From contig MU006013.1 in the NCBI GenBank assembly GCA_010093745.1, forward strand, positions 62,001-96,914: a stretch of DNA of 34,914 nt. Direction: 5' to 3'. Each line of letters opens with the position of its first letter. Positions within the stretch are counted from its first letter, which is position 1. Source of the stretch: Piedraia hortae CBS 480.64 (taxonomy: Eukaryota). The notes under the pieces were generated by a model. That model was not told the DNA's origin, did no database searches, and was given only the letters and a program-made list of their open reading frames with translations. This document shows positions 22,201-30,704 of this stretch, one piece after another. The translations under genes were made by a program, and so were the position numbers.

Positions 22201-25200
22201 CTGCTGCACCCTCGTGGCCTGGTTGGCGGCCGCTTGACGTGCAGCGTTGAACAAGGCCTGCATCTTGCCGAATTTGATGCCAAACTCCATAATCTTCCGA
22301 AATGGCTCCGTCATGAAATTGACCTTCAACGACCCAGAGCGTAGATAGATTTTAGAGTCATGGCCAGGATATAACTTGGAGTTGGGATCGAAGGTTTCAT
22401 ACCGCAGATCAGCAAGCTCATCGCCCTGGATGCTGACCAGCTGTCGAAGCTCAGAGTCCTCAGCAACGCCTTGATTGATGTCATCGACGAGATTAAGATT
22501 ACCCAGGCGAGCACCAACTTGCATCGTGCTCCCAGCAAGAAACACGTTGACCTCGGCGGACGTCAGGCTCAGCGTGGCTAGACGGATGCCATCACTGTTC
22601 AGAATAACTGCAATCCGTCTGAGCTCAGCTCTGATTCTGATCTTATCCTGGTTTTGACTCCGGTTTTGTTGAATCGCCTTCTGCTCCTCGGGCTTGTCAC
22701 CCTGCTTAGCCTCGCTGTCCTTGTTGGTGTCATTTCCAGTAGTAAAGGTGTCGAGAGTAAAATCTAGCAACGTGAGGAGAGTCTTTCTGGTGACCATAAG
22801 GTTGATGGTCGACACTGCCACGTCAAGATTTGTCTTGATTCCCTCGAACTTGGAGTTGAAATCCGGATGTGACGGATTGACTTGCTGGAAATTGACCACA
22901 AGCAGGTCCTGCTGCTCCTGCGAGGACGAGTCTTTGCTAGAAATGAGGTTCTTGAATTCTGGCACCGGCGTTTCTTCAACGTGGTCCTCTACAGTCACCG
23001 AGCGAAGTCGAACTTCGGCAACCATGTCATAGGCTCGTTGGTAGAAGTTCAGATGGAAAGATTCGGCAATCAGATCAATCAGCAACTGGTCTGACTTTTC
23101 ATCTGTGCCATCGGCCTTGAACAGGGAGCCCTGCAGTTTGCCAACAGTGAACTGGAATTCAAAGTTGTGCTGCTCAGGATTGACATCAGCTGTCTTTTGA
23201 CGGCCTACTGTGGTCACCGATGAGGTAGAGTATGTAGTTTTGTGTCGAATGCCTTCATCATCATCGTCGTTGTCGTCGTCGTCGTTGTCGTCGTCGTCAT
23301 CAATGACCAGATCATGACCGCGTGCTTGGAAGCTCTTCGCTCTAGGACGGCCACTCCCGCTTGGTCTCCGCTTGATCTTCTCCTCTTCGGCCTCCGCTTC
23401 TGTAGCCTTCTCCGGTGCATCACCACCGAATTTAGGGATGGCAAAGTCGATGATTTTCATCAAAGCCTTGTACTTTGCATCGCTGATGCTGGCGTGCAGA
23501 ATAGGCAAATGGCCCACAACCTTGAACTTGGTTAAGTCTTTCGCCTTTGGGATGATGCAGACTTCGATCTGGAAATCCATGTTGATACGCTGTACGACAT
23601 GAAAGTTCTTGGACGAGCTGCTCCCTTCCAGCTGTTTCTTGGTCTCCTCCAGCGTAGTACCTATAAGGACTTGGGTCGAGTCCAGCGTGACATCGAACTT
23701 GTCATACATCAGGCTTTCCAGCTGCCTAAGGTCACTTTCGCTGTAGTGCTGCCTCTGCTTATTCTGCACATCTTGCAGCGTAGCCTTGTCGATGAGTTTG
23801 CTCCGCACAGCGATGTGGCCGGCGTCCATAATTAAGCAATAGTTGCTCTGCCGAGTGACCGTATCTGGCAGAATGATGAGAGGGGCTTGGAGATCAAGCT
23901 GCACATCGATGCTCTTGTGCTCTTGGAGGGCAAATTCTAGGCTCGCACGAGTCTGCTGCCTCAAACCCTCTACAGTCTCACCAGCCGTCTCCATCAAAGC
24001 CCCAATACTTTCCATTTGCCGCTCCGGAGGTTCAAAAAATTTGGCCACCTGAACTACAAAATTTGGATTGTACACGATTTCCATGGCCTTTAGCTTCAGG
24101 TTGATGGCCTGGTCTGCATGTCCATCGAGGGGGTTCATCTCATACGACATGGCAAAGAACGAATCCTCGACCTCGGTGCTATCTGCAGCTTCGTCATCGT
24201 CCCCAACCTCCTTGATCCTCTCAGAATCAGGCACAGGTGGTGCGTCCTTGACCCTCAGGATCTCTTCGTAAAGACTGCCAGGGGTGCTGCCGTCATACAC
24301 CCTCAGGCCACCCAGAGACAGGTTTAAAAGAGTGGAATCCGTCCGCTGGATCAGCTCTGTGGAGAAATCCTCATACAATAGGCGGAGAATGTCGGTTTGC
24401 TTGCCATGAGCATCTTTTCTAAGCGTAAACGATCCGCTCCGCAGACTCATGTCGACTTGGAGCTTAATGGCCTCTTTGGGCACATCGACGGATTCAGCCA
24501 AGGATTGCTTTTCGTTAAAGTCAATAGCCTCGTAAAGCTCTTTGCGCTGCTGGTCCGTCATCTGGCTGTCGTCACTTGCCTCTTCTTGCTTGCTGGAACT
24601 GCCCCAGATGTATGACGTCCACGAGCGTTGCTTGGGCTGTTCTTTTTGCCTCAGAGCACCCTCTTTGCGCAGTTCGTTTCGAGCCAGACTACGCCAAAAT
24701 CGTAGGTCTTCGTAGCTCAGCTTGTGTTCTAGGGCATCCAGTTCCTGTGCATCCTCAGGGCTGAGCTTCTCGTCTAGCTTCTTCTGCTTAAACAGCGAAA
24801 TGTACCTGATGCGGTCGTCTCGCCTCTCTTTGAAATAGGCCCAGGTCCAGCGCTTGTTCTTGTCGTGGATGCGCTCCAGTACAACTTTGGCGGCGAACTG
24901 CAGCCAGGCACGGGCATCTTCTTTGGGTGTCTTTTTCGGTTGCCACTTGCGATATTCTTGGTGTCTGATAAAGTAATGGAACAAGTCAACCAGCATCAAG
25001 GCATCGCGATACTGCTCATCATCAAGGACGAAGCCGAGTTCATTGAAGAGGAGACGGGCTTTCATCTTGGGACGGTCGTACTTGCCCGTCTTGCTCATTT
25101 CCAGTCCGGCCCGGCCAGACACGGGCTTGAGAATGTATTGATGGTCCTTGACCGCCGGATTATCGCCCTGAACAATGAGATTGCGGAACTTTTCAAGGAG

Positions 25201-25914
25201 TTCCTGATCGTCGCTGCCCGTCACCTGCTCGCCGGTGCCTTGACCGAACAACTTCGCATCCGTGTCCCAGTACAGACCCAGCGAGCCCAGGGTGGCGAGT
25301 TTGTGCGTTGTATCGCTGGTGCTCTGGATCCATGTCGGTCGCCAGCCTTCATCTGTACTAACGGCGCTCAGTTCGCGCAGGGTCAGACCCGCAGCGAAGG
25401 GATGATTAGGGTCGGAGATGGCATCTTCATAGCGAATGTGCACGTTCTTGACCTGGATCTGAACGTTATCTATGACTGTCGTGGTCAGAGCAGCGGTAAA
25501 TGACTGGTGTTTCTTCTGCTCCTCGGCTGAAAGGTTCTCTGAAGTGCGTTCATGGAGCATCTCGGCGCTCTCCAACTTCTCCATCTTCACCGTATACGCC
25601 CTCCGCTCCTCTTCTTCGACGTTGTACTCCTGCTCCTCCTTGGGACTTGCCAGCAGAAACACATCGTCAATTTGGATCTGGACGGGCTGGCCGCGCAAGT
25701 TGCTCCATGGGATTTTGAGCACCAGCAAACTAATGTGGCCCTTTACAACGTTTAGAGGCAGACGGAACTGGTCGAGGGCTTCCCGCCGCAGCTCCAAGTC
25801 CCGCAACTTGACGTCGCCGCCCCAGATGCCCACGTTGAGCTGTTTGGGGTCGAAATTGCGCACGTACAGGCCCAGGAACCTGTTCAGCAGGTTCGCTACC
25901 AGAGACTCCAACAT
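16279..25914 (-). CDS. VPS13: Vacuolar protein sorting-associated protein 13 (bridge-like lipid transfer protein), 3211 aa
   Basis: Chorein-N start MLESLVANLLNRFLGLYVRNFDPKQLNVGIWGGDVKLRDLELR; WEPLIEPW motif; C-terminal GSADFLGNPIGLF...GFVKGVGKGLLG region; single uninterrupted ORF. Confidence 0.98.
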   Translation of the reverse strand: MLESLVANLLNRFLGLYVRNFDPKQLNVGIWGGDVKLRDLELRREALDQFRLPLNVVKGHISLLVLKIPWSNLRGQPVQIQIDDVFLLASPKEEQEYNVEEEERRAYTVKMEKLESAEMLHERTSENLSAEEQKKHQSFTAALTTTVIDNVQIQVKNVHIRYEDAISDPNHPFAAGLTLRELSAVSTDEGWRPTWIQSTSDTTHKLATLGSLGLYWDTDAKLFGQGTGEQVTGSDDQELLEKFRNLIVQGDNPAVKDHQYILKPVSGRAGLEMSKTGKYDRPKMKARLLFNELGFVLDDEQYRDALMLVDLFHYFIRHQEYRKWQPKKTPKEDARAWLQFAAKVVLERIHDKNKRWTWAYFKERRDDRIRYISLFKQKKLDEKLSPEDAQELDALEHKLSYEDLRFWRSLARNELRKEGALRQKEQPKQRSWTSYIWGSSSKQEEASDDSQMTDQQRKELYEAIDFNEKQSLAESVDVPKEAIKLQVDMSLRSGSFTLRKDAHGKQTDILRLLYEDFSTELIQRTDSTLLNLSLGGLRVYDGSTPGSLYEEILRVKDAPPVPDSERIKEVGDDDEAADSTEVEDSFFAMSYEMNPLDGHADQAINLKLKAMEIVYNPNFVVQVAKFFEPPERQMESIGALMETAGETVEGLRQQTRASLEFALQEHKSIDVQLDLQAPLIILPDTVTRQSNYCLIMDAGHIAVRSKLIDKATLQDVQNKQRQHYSESDLRQLESLMYDKFDVTLDSTQVLIGTTLEETKKQLEGSSSSKNFHVVQRINMDFQIEVCIIPKAKDLTKFKVVGHLPILHASISDAKYKALMKIIDFAIPKFGGDAPEKATEAEAEEEKIKRRPSGSGRPRAKSFQARGHDLVIDDDDDNDDDDNDDDDEGIRHKTTYSTSSVTTVGRQKTADVNPEQHNFEFQFTVGKLQGSLFKADGTDEKSDQLLIDLIAESFHLNFYQRAYDMVAEVRLRSVTVEDHVEETPVPEFKNLISSKDSSSQEQQDLLVVNFQQVNPSHPDFNSKFEGIKTNLDVAVSTINLMVTRKTLLTLLDFTLDTFTTGNDTNKDSEAKQGDKPEEQKAIQQNRSQNQDKIRIRAELRRIAVILNSDGIRLATLSLTSAEVNVFLAGSTMQVGARLGNLNLVDDINQGVAEDSELRQLVSIQGDELADLRYETFDPNSKLYPGHDSKIYLRSGSLKVNFMTEPFRKIMEFGIKFGKMQALFNAARQAAANQATRVQQNASKMHFDVLIKTPIVAFPKIVVAESPQRDTLTAYLGEIYAKNEFVPLEQSQQSSSIANKMSIGLRKVRLTSLFHYADDKPESLDLIDQAGIEFNVLQMDHQPGAKRPDIEVEGSMSNINIRITEAQLKFVMELSRNLPEAFALESGEDAEEEAKDDLPKSIVRPAENVRQEAKSETMIIKDAAPSHLGPELGNDGQNWTKMDLVFRVGAVSLELVSGKLDQPIGDVNAASLSKFSLNETSVKLRMLDNGAVEGEFLVQSFIINDTRAHEKTEFRKVMSLINTDVKQQFMASVSISGGENKQLVAILSIDSPRVIVALDYLFALLSFVNTGIAQDKPMIVEEESEPESQSEMEQEASSVDTHKIIQQRSRSQEEVATEKKQESGMSIAYRVNIVDAQAVLIANPAIKESEAIVLGTKQVLFSQQNAMTLQVEKVGMFLCRMDKFETTRLRILDDFSVQMSLDMQSQGKDSDVTSIHVDIEPLVLRLSLRDILLAMQIVNRASAMSGQQNKQLEDEAPKKITKSSQSTRAKSAKTSHRPETRTMATRKSSKVQKPDRPAPASGVIKREEMHLEVGGVRVVLIGDRHELPMLDWTVHKFDVDVRDWTDNMTADTTVDTYFNVYNFSKSAWEPLIEPWSLGFHMAREAEKLSIELFSRKTLELTITSATIALASKSTQYLSSDEDVLSKPRGNDAPYRIRNYTGFEAFVWSVGGEGSGEGQAEKMQDGEEKPWRFEDPTRTRETLSPESQSGVIGVRLDGSGFDSIEQIQVTREAETLYNLRPKKDNVQHRLMVDVTLGTDNVKYITLRSPLVVENNTHIPIEMGVYSPDAGHLLKIEKIAPGDSRPAPVGAAFMHSLVVRPDPGFHYTWSNERLFWKDLLKRPVRTLTCAGEHGPQGSPPFYFQMQAVYDKKNPLTSVYPYMRIRLSAPVVVQNLLPYDFKYRIYDKQSKKDWTNFLRKGGESPVHVVELSHLLLLSVDMQGTQFQTSDFAIINSNDSDFRREKTLTVKDNHNIPLRLGIHYYTIPDSGGAFRITVYSPYVVLNRTGLDLEIKSKATFGGTRNAAGQMAFSDDESNVREAKPLMFSFPTDDRKNRALIKLGDSAWSQPLSFDAIGANADAKLLSQSGKEQMHAGLNVMEGEGRYKLTKVVTITPRFIVKNKLGQNIMIREPGSSDAATLKPGELHPLRFLKHATGQQLCLCLPGANSSWSSPFDMANLGSVHVKVAKAGQSQKLIRVEILVEQATIFLHLSLETKHWPFSMRNESAEEIIFWQANPNVDEDEDDRSTGWKPLRYRLPPRSIMPYAWDYPASKNKNLVISTNDKVRHVKLAEIGQQIPWRISGPPRGQASAQRQKILDLNVVAEGPTQTLIISNYKPSKSHFKQKTLGANDFEMKEQDTNVSMRATLRFAGIGVSLINSQLRDLVYITLRDIELKYTDSPLYQTAALTVKWIQIDNQLYGGIFPLIFYPSVVPKTGKEMEAHPIFRSSVTRVKDDSYGVLYIKYFTFLLQQMTIEIDEDFIFALLDFTKVPGASWTEQKEGQLAPEKLDIPEPQQEQSGQDIYFELLHLQPMQFDLSFVRTERINAEDTGSSSNNPFMFAVNVLTMSIGNVNDAPIRYNALILENARLSVNALISSIQSHYVQESLRQVHIVIGSADFLGNPIGLFNNISSGVADIFYEPYQGLVTDRPQDLGIGIAKGASSFVKKSVFGFSDSVSKFTGSISKGLAAASMDKEFQDKRRMSKARNRPKHALYGITSGGNALASSLASGIGGLARAPMQGAEKEGAAGFVKGVGKGLLGFATKPAIGAFDFASNLAEGVKNTTAIFDQEGLDRVRMPRFIDISGIVRPYSQREALGQFWLKTIDNGRYFNEKYIAHLELNSEASPQKGKSSEASMIVFVTYNLIILVRAKRLSTEWEVPLKDIRTISKERTGMGIILNGGTNGPFIPIGDEQARNWLYKQVAVAANAFNEWQNARG
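23255..23303. repeat. Imperfect trinucleotide (TCG/TCA) run encoding a poly-Asp tract in VPS13
   Basis: tcatcatcatcgtcgttgtcgtcgtcgtcgttgtcgtcgtcgtcatca encodes DDDDDNDDDDNDDDD on the minus strand. Confidence 0.8.
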
Positions 25915-26230
25915 GGTGTGTGGTGTCGCTGGCCGCAGCCTTTGGGTGTTGGTGGCGGCCTGATTGCGTCACACCATCCACGTCGATGTCTACGAAACTC
26001 GCGCTACAGTGGCTACAGATGGCATTGGTCTTGTGTAGTGGCCAACGTGTCATGTTGCATTCCAGCCGAGGTCTGCGTCATTGCCCCGCCGTTGACATCG
26101 AGTCTCGACTACAGGATGCCAACACAGGTCCTTCCCATATGATAGGAATAGGTCATATTAACAGCCATATCTAAACGCCATCTTCTCGTCGCCCCTTCAC
26201 GTGTCCCAGCCCAGCTTCCTCTTCCACTTA

Positions 26231-26375
26231 CACAGCCAACCTCCCCGCATGATGCTGCGTCACGCGTCGTCGGACGATGAGGCAACTAATCTCGACATTT
26301 TGCGAACATATCAAGGCTATTGGCAAGTCAAGCACATACAGATAAATAACAAAAGAGAATACGGCCGCTTTGCCA
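26231..26375 (+). repeat. Left terminal inverted repeat of the CMC-like element
   Basis: Reverse-complement match to 28320-28494, e.g. ggcaactaatctcgacatt(t/a)tgcgaacatatcaaggctattggcaagtcaag. Confidence 0.92.
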
Positions 26376-26462
26376 AAAGTACATTCTTCACCGGAAAATC
26401 AGATAATACTAAACTCCCTTATAATTCCCGCGCATATGTTAATCTCAAACAGCCCAGCATGA

Positions 26463-28313
26463 TCAATCATCTTGCGTTAGCATGTGGATGTTGTCAATCC
26501 AGCGATTGTCATACACGCCGTCTGTGGAGTGCCTCCAAGCAACCCCTTCAACGCTTTCCCGTTCTGTTCTGGTTGCGTTAGGCACCCAAACTTTTCGGCA
26601 TTTCACAGTGCAGAAGTGTTGCACGTTTAGGACACTGGAGATCGAGCCCATGGGCACTGTTGTGAATCGCTCACTGGAGGCCAACACTGGAAACCCAAAG
26701 GTGCCATGCTGTTCTTCCAATGTGGTTGTACAAAATTCCTCAAGAAGGGCGACATGATGGGCTGTGCCCACAAGAGAAATCTGAGCTGAAAAAACAGTCT
26801 GACCACCACATTTCACGAACGACCCGGCACTGCATTTGACAGGCACATGCAAGCGGGTAAGTGCCTTGTACGAATTTTGGGACCAGCCCAAGCCAAACTT
26901 CGTACAAAGCCCATCATGAGCTGGCAAGTCCCTGATGGCAATTGTATGCTCATTGTGTGGGTCGGTGCAGCCGGTTCAACGGGAAGGCCCAGCAGCTGTC
27001 GTGTCTTCGGCTGGTTGAGTGCCGTATGCATCCCCGCAGGTGCCTATTGAGCGACTCTGGGATTTTCGAGGATAGGTCTTGCGGTGGACCAAATCTGCGC
27101 ACCATTTCGGGCACATGGATAACCATATGAAGCTTAGTCTTTTTCCTGATGCTCTCCAGGCCCCAGACGTCGGTCCATAGCTGAAGCATACGTTCGTAAC
27201 GATGCTTGAACAGTGCTTTCCACTGGTTAATGTATTCGATCTGCCTTGGATATATCGTTCTGGCAAGGTCGGCTGCGATACACCACATCAGCAGGAGCCT
27301 ACGGACTGGACCCGTCCGTCCCCTTGAGGAATAGAAGGAGACCAAAGTTGCCGGCCAGATCTCGATCAAAGCCCGAAAATCCGAGCCCACAAAGGACTTG
27401 CTCCAAAGCAGGATTTGTTGCGCGTCCAGAAAATTGTTCATCCCACCCCGGTTTGATGAGGCTGCGCAGAGAGCCAACTCCTCAAAGTCCGACTTCATCC
27501 TCGGGTAATCCAAGGACTGGTGCCAGAGGCTTCTGACAAACCCCAGTGGCACACCGTGCAATATTCCAAATGGGATATCCTGGTACGGATCAAATACTTC
27601 CAAGTGGTATAAGGAGGAGATTGGCGGCTTGATGCCATTCTCGGTTCTCTCAAGTGCCCCAGAGTACTATTCGGATCTGGGTGCTGCCGCCGAAGCCACA
27701 TCTTGCCACGACGTAACACTTGCTATGTTGAACAAGCAATTGCAACAAGAGCAGTTACTCGTGTGCTGATTAAAAATCACACCAGAAGCTGCAGGAATAT
27801 CTGCGAGAGCCATGGTAACCCCTCCAAAGATAGCCTGCGCTCTCTTACGCCGAGGATCAAAAGCTTTGATTCCCCGTTGGAGCCGGACGAACTCAGGAGT
27901 GAGGCTATCAATCATGGTATTGCCCTTCATCCTTGCCCCAACAACCACGAAATGGTTGGTGGAGGTATGGAAATTTTCCTTGAAAGGCATTAGTGACAGT
28001 ACCGCATTGGTTGTGAATGCAGTATGGTACTCACTACACGTGGCTTCCCGGAAAAGGTATGTGACCAAACCTCCAGGGGGTTCCATTTGGAAGTGGTTGT
28101 GGCGCTTGTGCCATCCGTCCAGAAATTGATGTTGAATTGGGATACTTCAGCTCCATATTTTGTGACGAAGGCTCAAGCAGGATGTGGTCTCGTTATGGAT
28201 TCCATGAACCCCGAAGCAAGGCGTTCCGCATTTTCGGCTACCAGACTGAAATTCGACCCGGGAAAAGCGTTTAGGAATTTGTACTCTGGCACCCATAGGA
28301 TCGTATCCTCTGC
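26463..28313 (-). pseudogene. Decayed CMC-type DDE transposase: 5'-truncated, predicted intron 27979-28034, two premature stops, one frameshift near 26980
   Basis: Reconstructed motifs in order: FWTDGTSATTTSKWN, SGKPRV/ENFHTSTNHF, GIKAFD, ALADIP, CCNC, FDPYQDIPFGILHGVPLG, KSFVGSDFR, KLHMVIH, RRFGPP...PESLNRHLR, LNVQHFC. Confidence 0.82.
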
Positions 28314-28319
28314 AACATC

Positions 28320-28494
28320 TGGCAAAACGGTCGTGTTCTCTTTTGATATTTATCTGTATGTACTTGACTTGCCAATAGCCTTGATATGTTCGCATAATGT
28401 CGAGATTAGTTGCCCAATCGCCGCACGACGCTGCGTCACGCAACCTACGCCGCGTGACGCAGCATCATGCCGGGGGAGGTTGGGGTTGGCTGTG
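28320..28494 (-). repeat. Right terminal inverted repeat of the CMC-like element
   Basis: Reverse-complement match to 26231-26375; carries an additional internal hairpin segment at 28430-28463. Confidence 0.92.
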
Positions 28495-28642
28495 TATGCC
28501 CTGTGCTCTGCTGTTGCCCGCTCGCCTGTCTGCCAGCCTTTCCTGCATTTGTCGCCTGTTTAACCTTCATCATCCCACGCATTACTATCTTTTATTGTTC
28601 ACGTCTCTCCTTCCCAACTCTTCGTCACACTCCACTTTGACC

Positions 28643-30387
28643 ATGGCCAAAACTTTTTCGCCAGAACAACGCCTCACTGTCGAGGAGTTCTCCTCCGAGA
28701 GCGGAAAGCCCTTTGGCACCGTCAAGGGATGCTCCTCCCAAGACGAGCGTGACATGGACCGCATGGGCAAAGTACAAGAACTGCGCCGGAACTTTAGCTT
28801 TCTGCCCATCCTCGGCTTCGTTTCACTGATTCAAGGCACCTGGGAGGGCCTATTGGTGTCCAACTACCCTGGCTTGCTGAACGGCGGTAGAGCCGGTCTC
28901 TTCTGGTGCACCATTGCCGTGTGGATCTTGACCATTGGCGTCAGTGCCTCCATGGCCGAGATGGCCAGCATGGCCCCGACTGCTGGAGGCCAGTTTCATT
29001 GGGTACGTTCTCCATGCACCTCCCCACCCCGAGCTGAACTCCCGCTGCCGTCAGGTCAGTGAGTTTTCTCCGCCGTCGTTGCAGCAACCCATCTCGTACC
29101 TCGTCGGCAGTTTGGGTGTTCTTGCTTGGGTTGCCGGCATCCCGGCCATCTGCATCCAAACAGCAACCCTCGCACAAGGCATGGTTCTCATCACCTACCC
29201 GGACACCAACATTCAACAAAACTGGCAAGTCAGCCTCATGTCCTTTGCGGTCATTATCCTTACCGTTTGCTTCAACGTCTTCTTCGCACAACACTTGCCG
29301 CATGTGGAGGGCGTGGTCCTTTTCCTACACGTCTTTGGCTTCCTTGCGTTTATGCTTGTTTTGTGGATCACGCCAGCAAGCCACGCATCTGCTTCTGAAG
29401 TCTTTGGAAGCTTTTAGTGAGTCCAACTTTATGGCGCTCGGTTCATGTCGCTGACTAAAACAGCAATGGTGGTAACTGGCCCAGCACTGGTCTCTCCTGT
29501 ATGGTTGGCTTGTTGACGCCCATCTGGTGCTTCGTCGGCACCGATGCCGGCGCCCACATGTCCGAGGAAATGAAAGATGCATCGGTCGAGCTGCCCCGTG
29601 CCATGATGTTCTCCGTCATTGGAAACGGAATTTTAGGATGCACAATGCTCGTGACCTTTCTGTGCGTCCCTGCTTCGGTTTTCTCCATCCAACGGCTAAC
29701 AGTTTGCTCAGATTTGCCATTACCGATGTCGAGAAGCAAATTATCAATGCCGAAAACAACGTTCCCTTTCTTTTCATCATTTACAGTGCTACAAATTCCA
29801 AAGCCGGAACCTGCATTTTGGGCACCGTCTCGCTCATCCTCTGCTTCTTCTGCGCCGTCACAAATGTTGCAAGCTCTTCGCGCCAGATCTGGGCCTTCAG
29901 CCGTGACCACGGCCTTCCCTACGCCTCCGTCATCCGTCAGGTGCACCCCAAATGGGAGATCCCGCTCAACGCACTCCTCATTTGCCTCGCCATTTCGCTG
30001 CTCCTTGGCGCGATCCGTTTCGGCTCAAACGTCGCCTTCAACGCCATCACCAGCGTCTGCACCTGCGCAGCCTTCTTCTCCTACATCATCTCCATTGGCT
30101 GCGTCCGCCTCAAGCGTCTGCGTGGCGAGCCACTGTTGCCCCGCCGCTGGTCGCTCGGCCGCTGGGGCGGCGTTATCAACGACATCTCCCTTGCGTGGCT
30201 GCTCATTGGCTTCGTCTTTGCCTTCTTCCCCACCTCCGTCTACACCGGTGATGGCACCTGGTGGAGCACTTCTTGCAACTTCGCCTCCTTCATCTTCGTC
30301 GCCTACTTCATTCTCACCATCACCTACTACTTCATCAGCGGCCGCTACCACTATGTCCCACCAGTCCGGCTGGTCAAGACCGAGTGA
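28643..30387 (+). CDS. APC-superfamily amino acid/choline/GABA permease; exons 28643-29002, 29055-29416, 29464-29661, 29712-30387
   Basis: Motifs MGKVQELRRNFS, SMAEMASMAPTAGGQFHWVSEFSP, DAGAHMSEEMKDAS and SSRQIWAFSRDHGLP; many TM segments. Three GT-AG introns (52, 47 and 50 nt) restore one continuous frame. Confidence 0.93.
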
Positions 30388-30704
30388 CTGGCTTGCGCGC
30401 GCCGCACGTGTCGAGACAAATGTGCACGCAGCGGGCGAGCAGATTGTGTAGAGCGTACGCAAGGGCTTCATTTCGTGTGAGGCCTTTAAGAGGCTTCGGC
30501 ACGCGCCCACAGAAGGCGAAATGGCATTGGCTCAACAATCGATACGGGATCAGCATTTGTTGTCCATATCCACAATCCGGATTAGCGCATCTGTATAGAA
30601 TTATTTGCTGCTGCGTCTGCCCACTCTAGCAGAGAAGAGGTTCGGAGCTTAAAAGACGTTTGGTACTCGAGGTGATGGCGGCAGAGGACGATGCGTGCGT
30701 GTTA

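Larger units (their letters stand above)
26231..28494 (-). mobile_element. CMC (CACTA/Mirage/Chapaev)-like DNA transposon, non-autonomous/decayed, 2264 bp
   Basis: Ends read TA|CACAGCCAAC (26231) and GTTGGCTGTG|TA (28494). TIRs at 26231-26375 and 28320-28494 are clearly alignable. Internal transposase remnants are present. Confidence 0.88.

Noticed and set aside
16330..25963. Dozens of short ORFs overlapping VPS13 on both strands
   Set aside because: Alternative-frame or antisense by-products of a long GC-rich CDS.
26201..26581. Two ORFs (26201..26581 + and 28147..28443 -) sharing ATNLDIxRTYQGYWQVKxIQIN, resembling a duplicated small protein
   Set aside because: The similarity is simply the translation of the transposon's terminal inverted repeats.
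29501..30451. 316-aa Ser/Pro-rich ORF
   Set aside because: Only its first ~54 codons belong to permease exon 3; the rest is off-frame read-through of the intron and exon 4.
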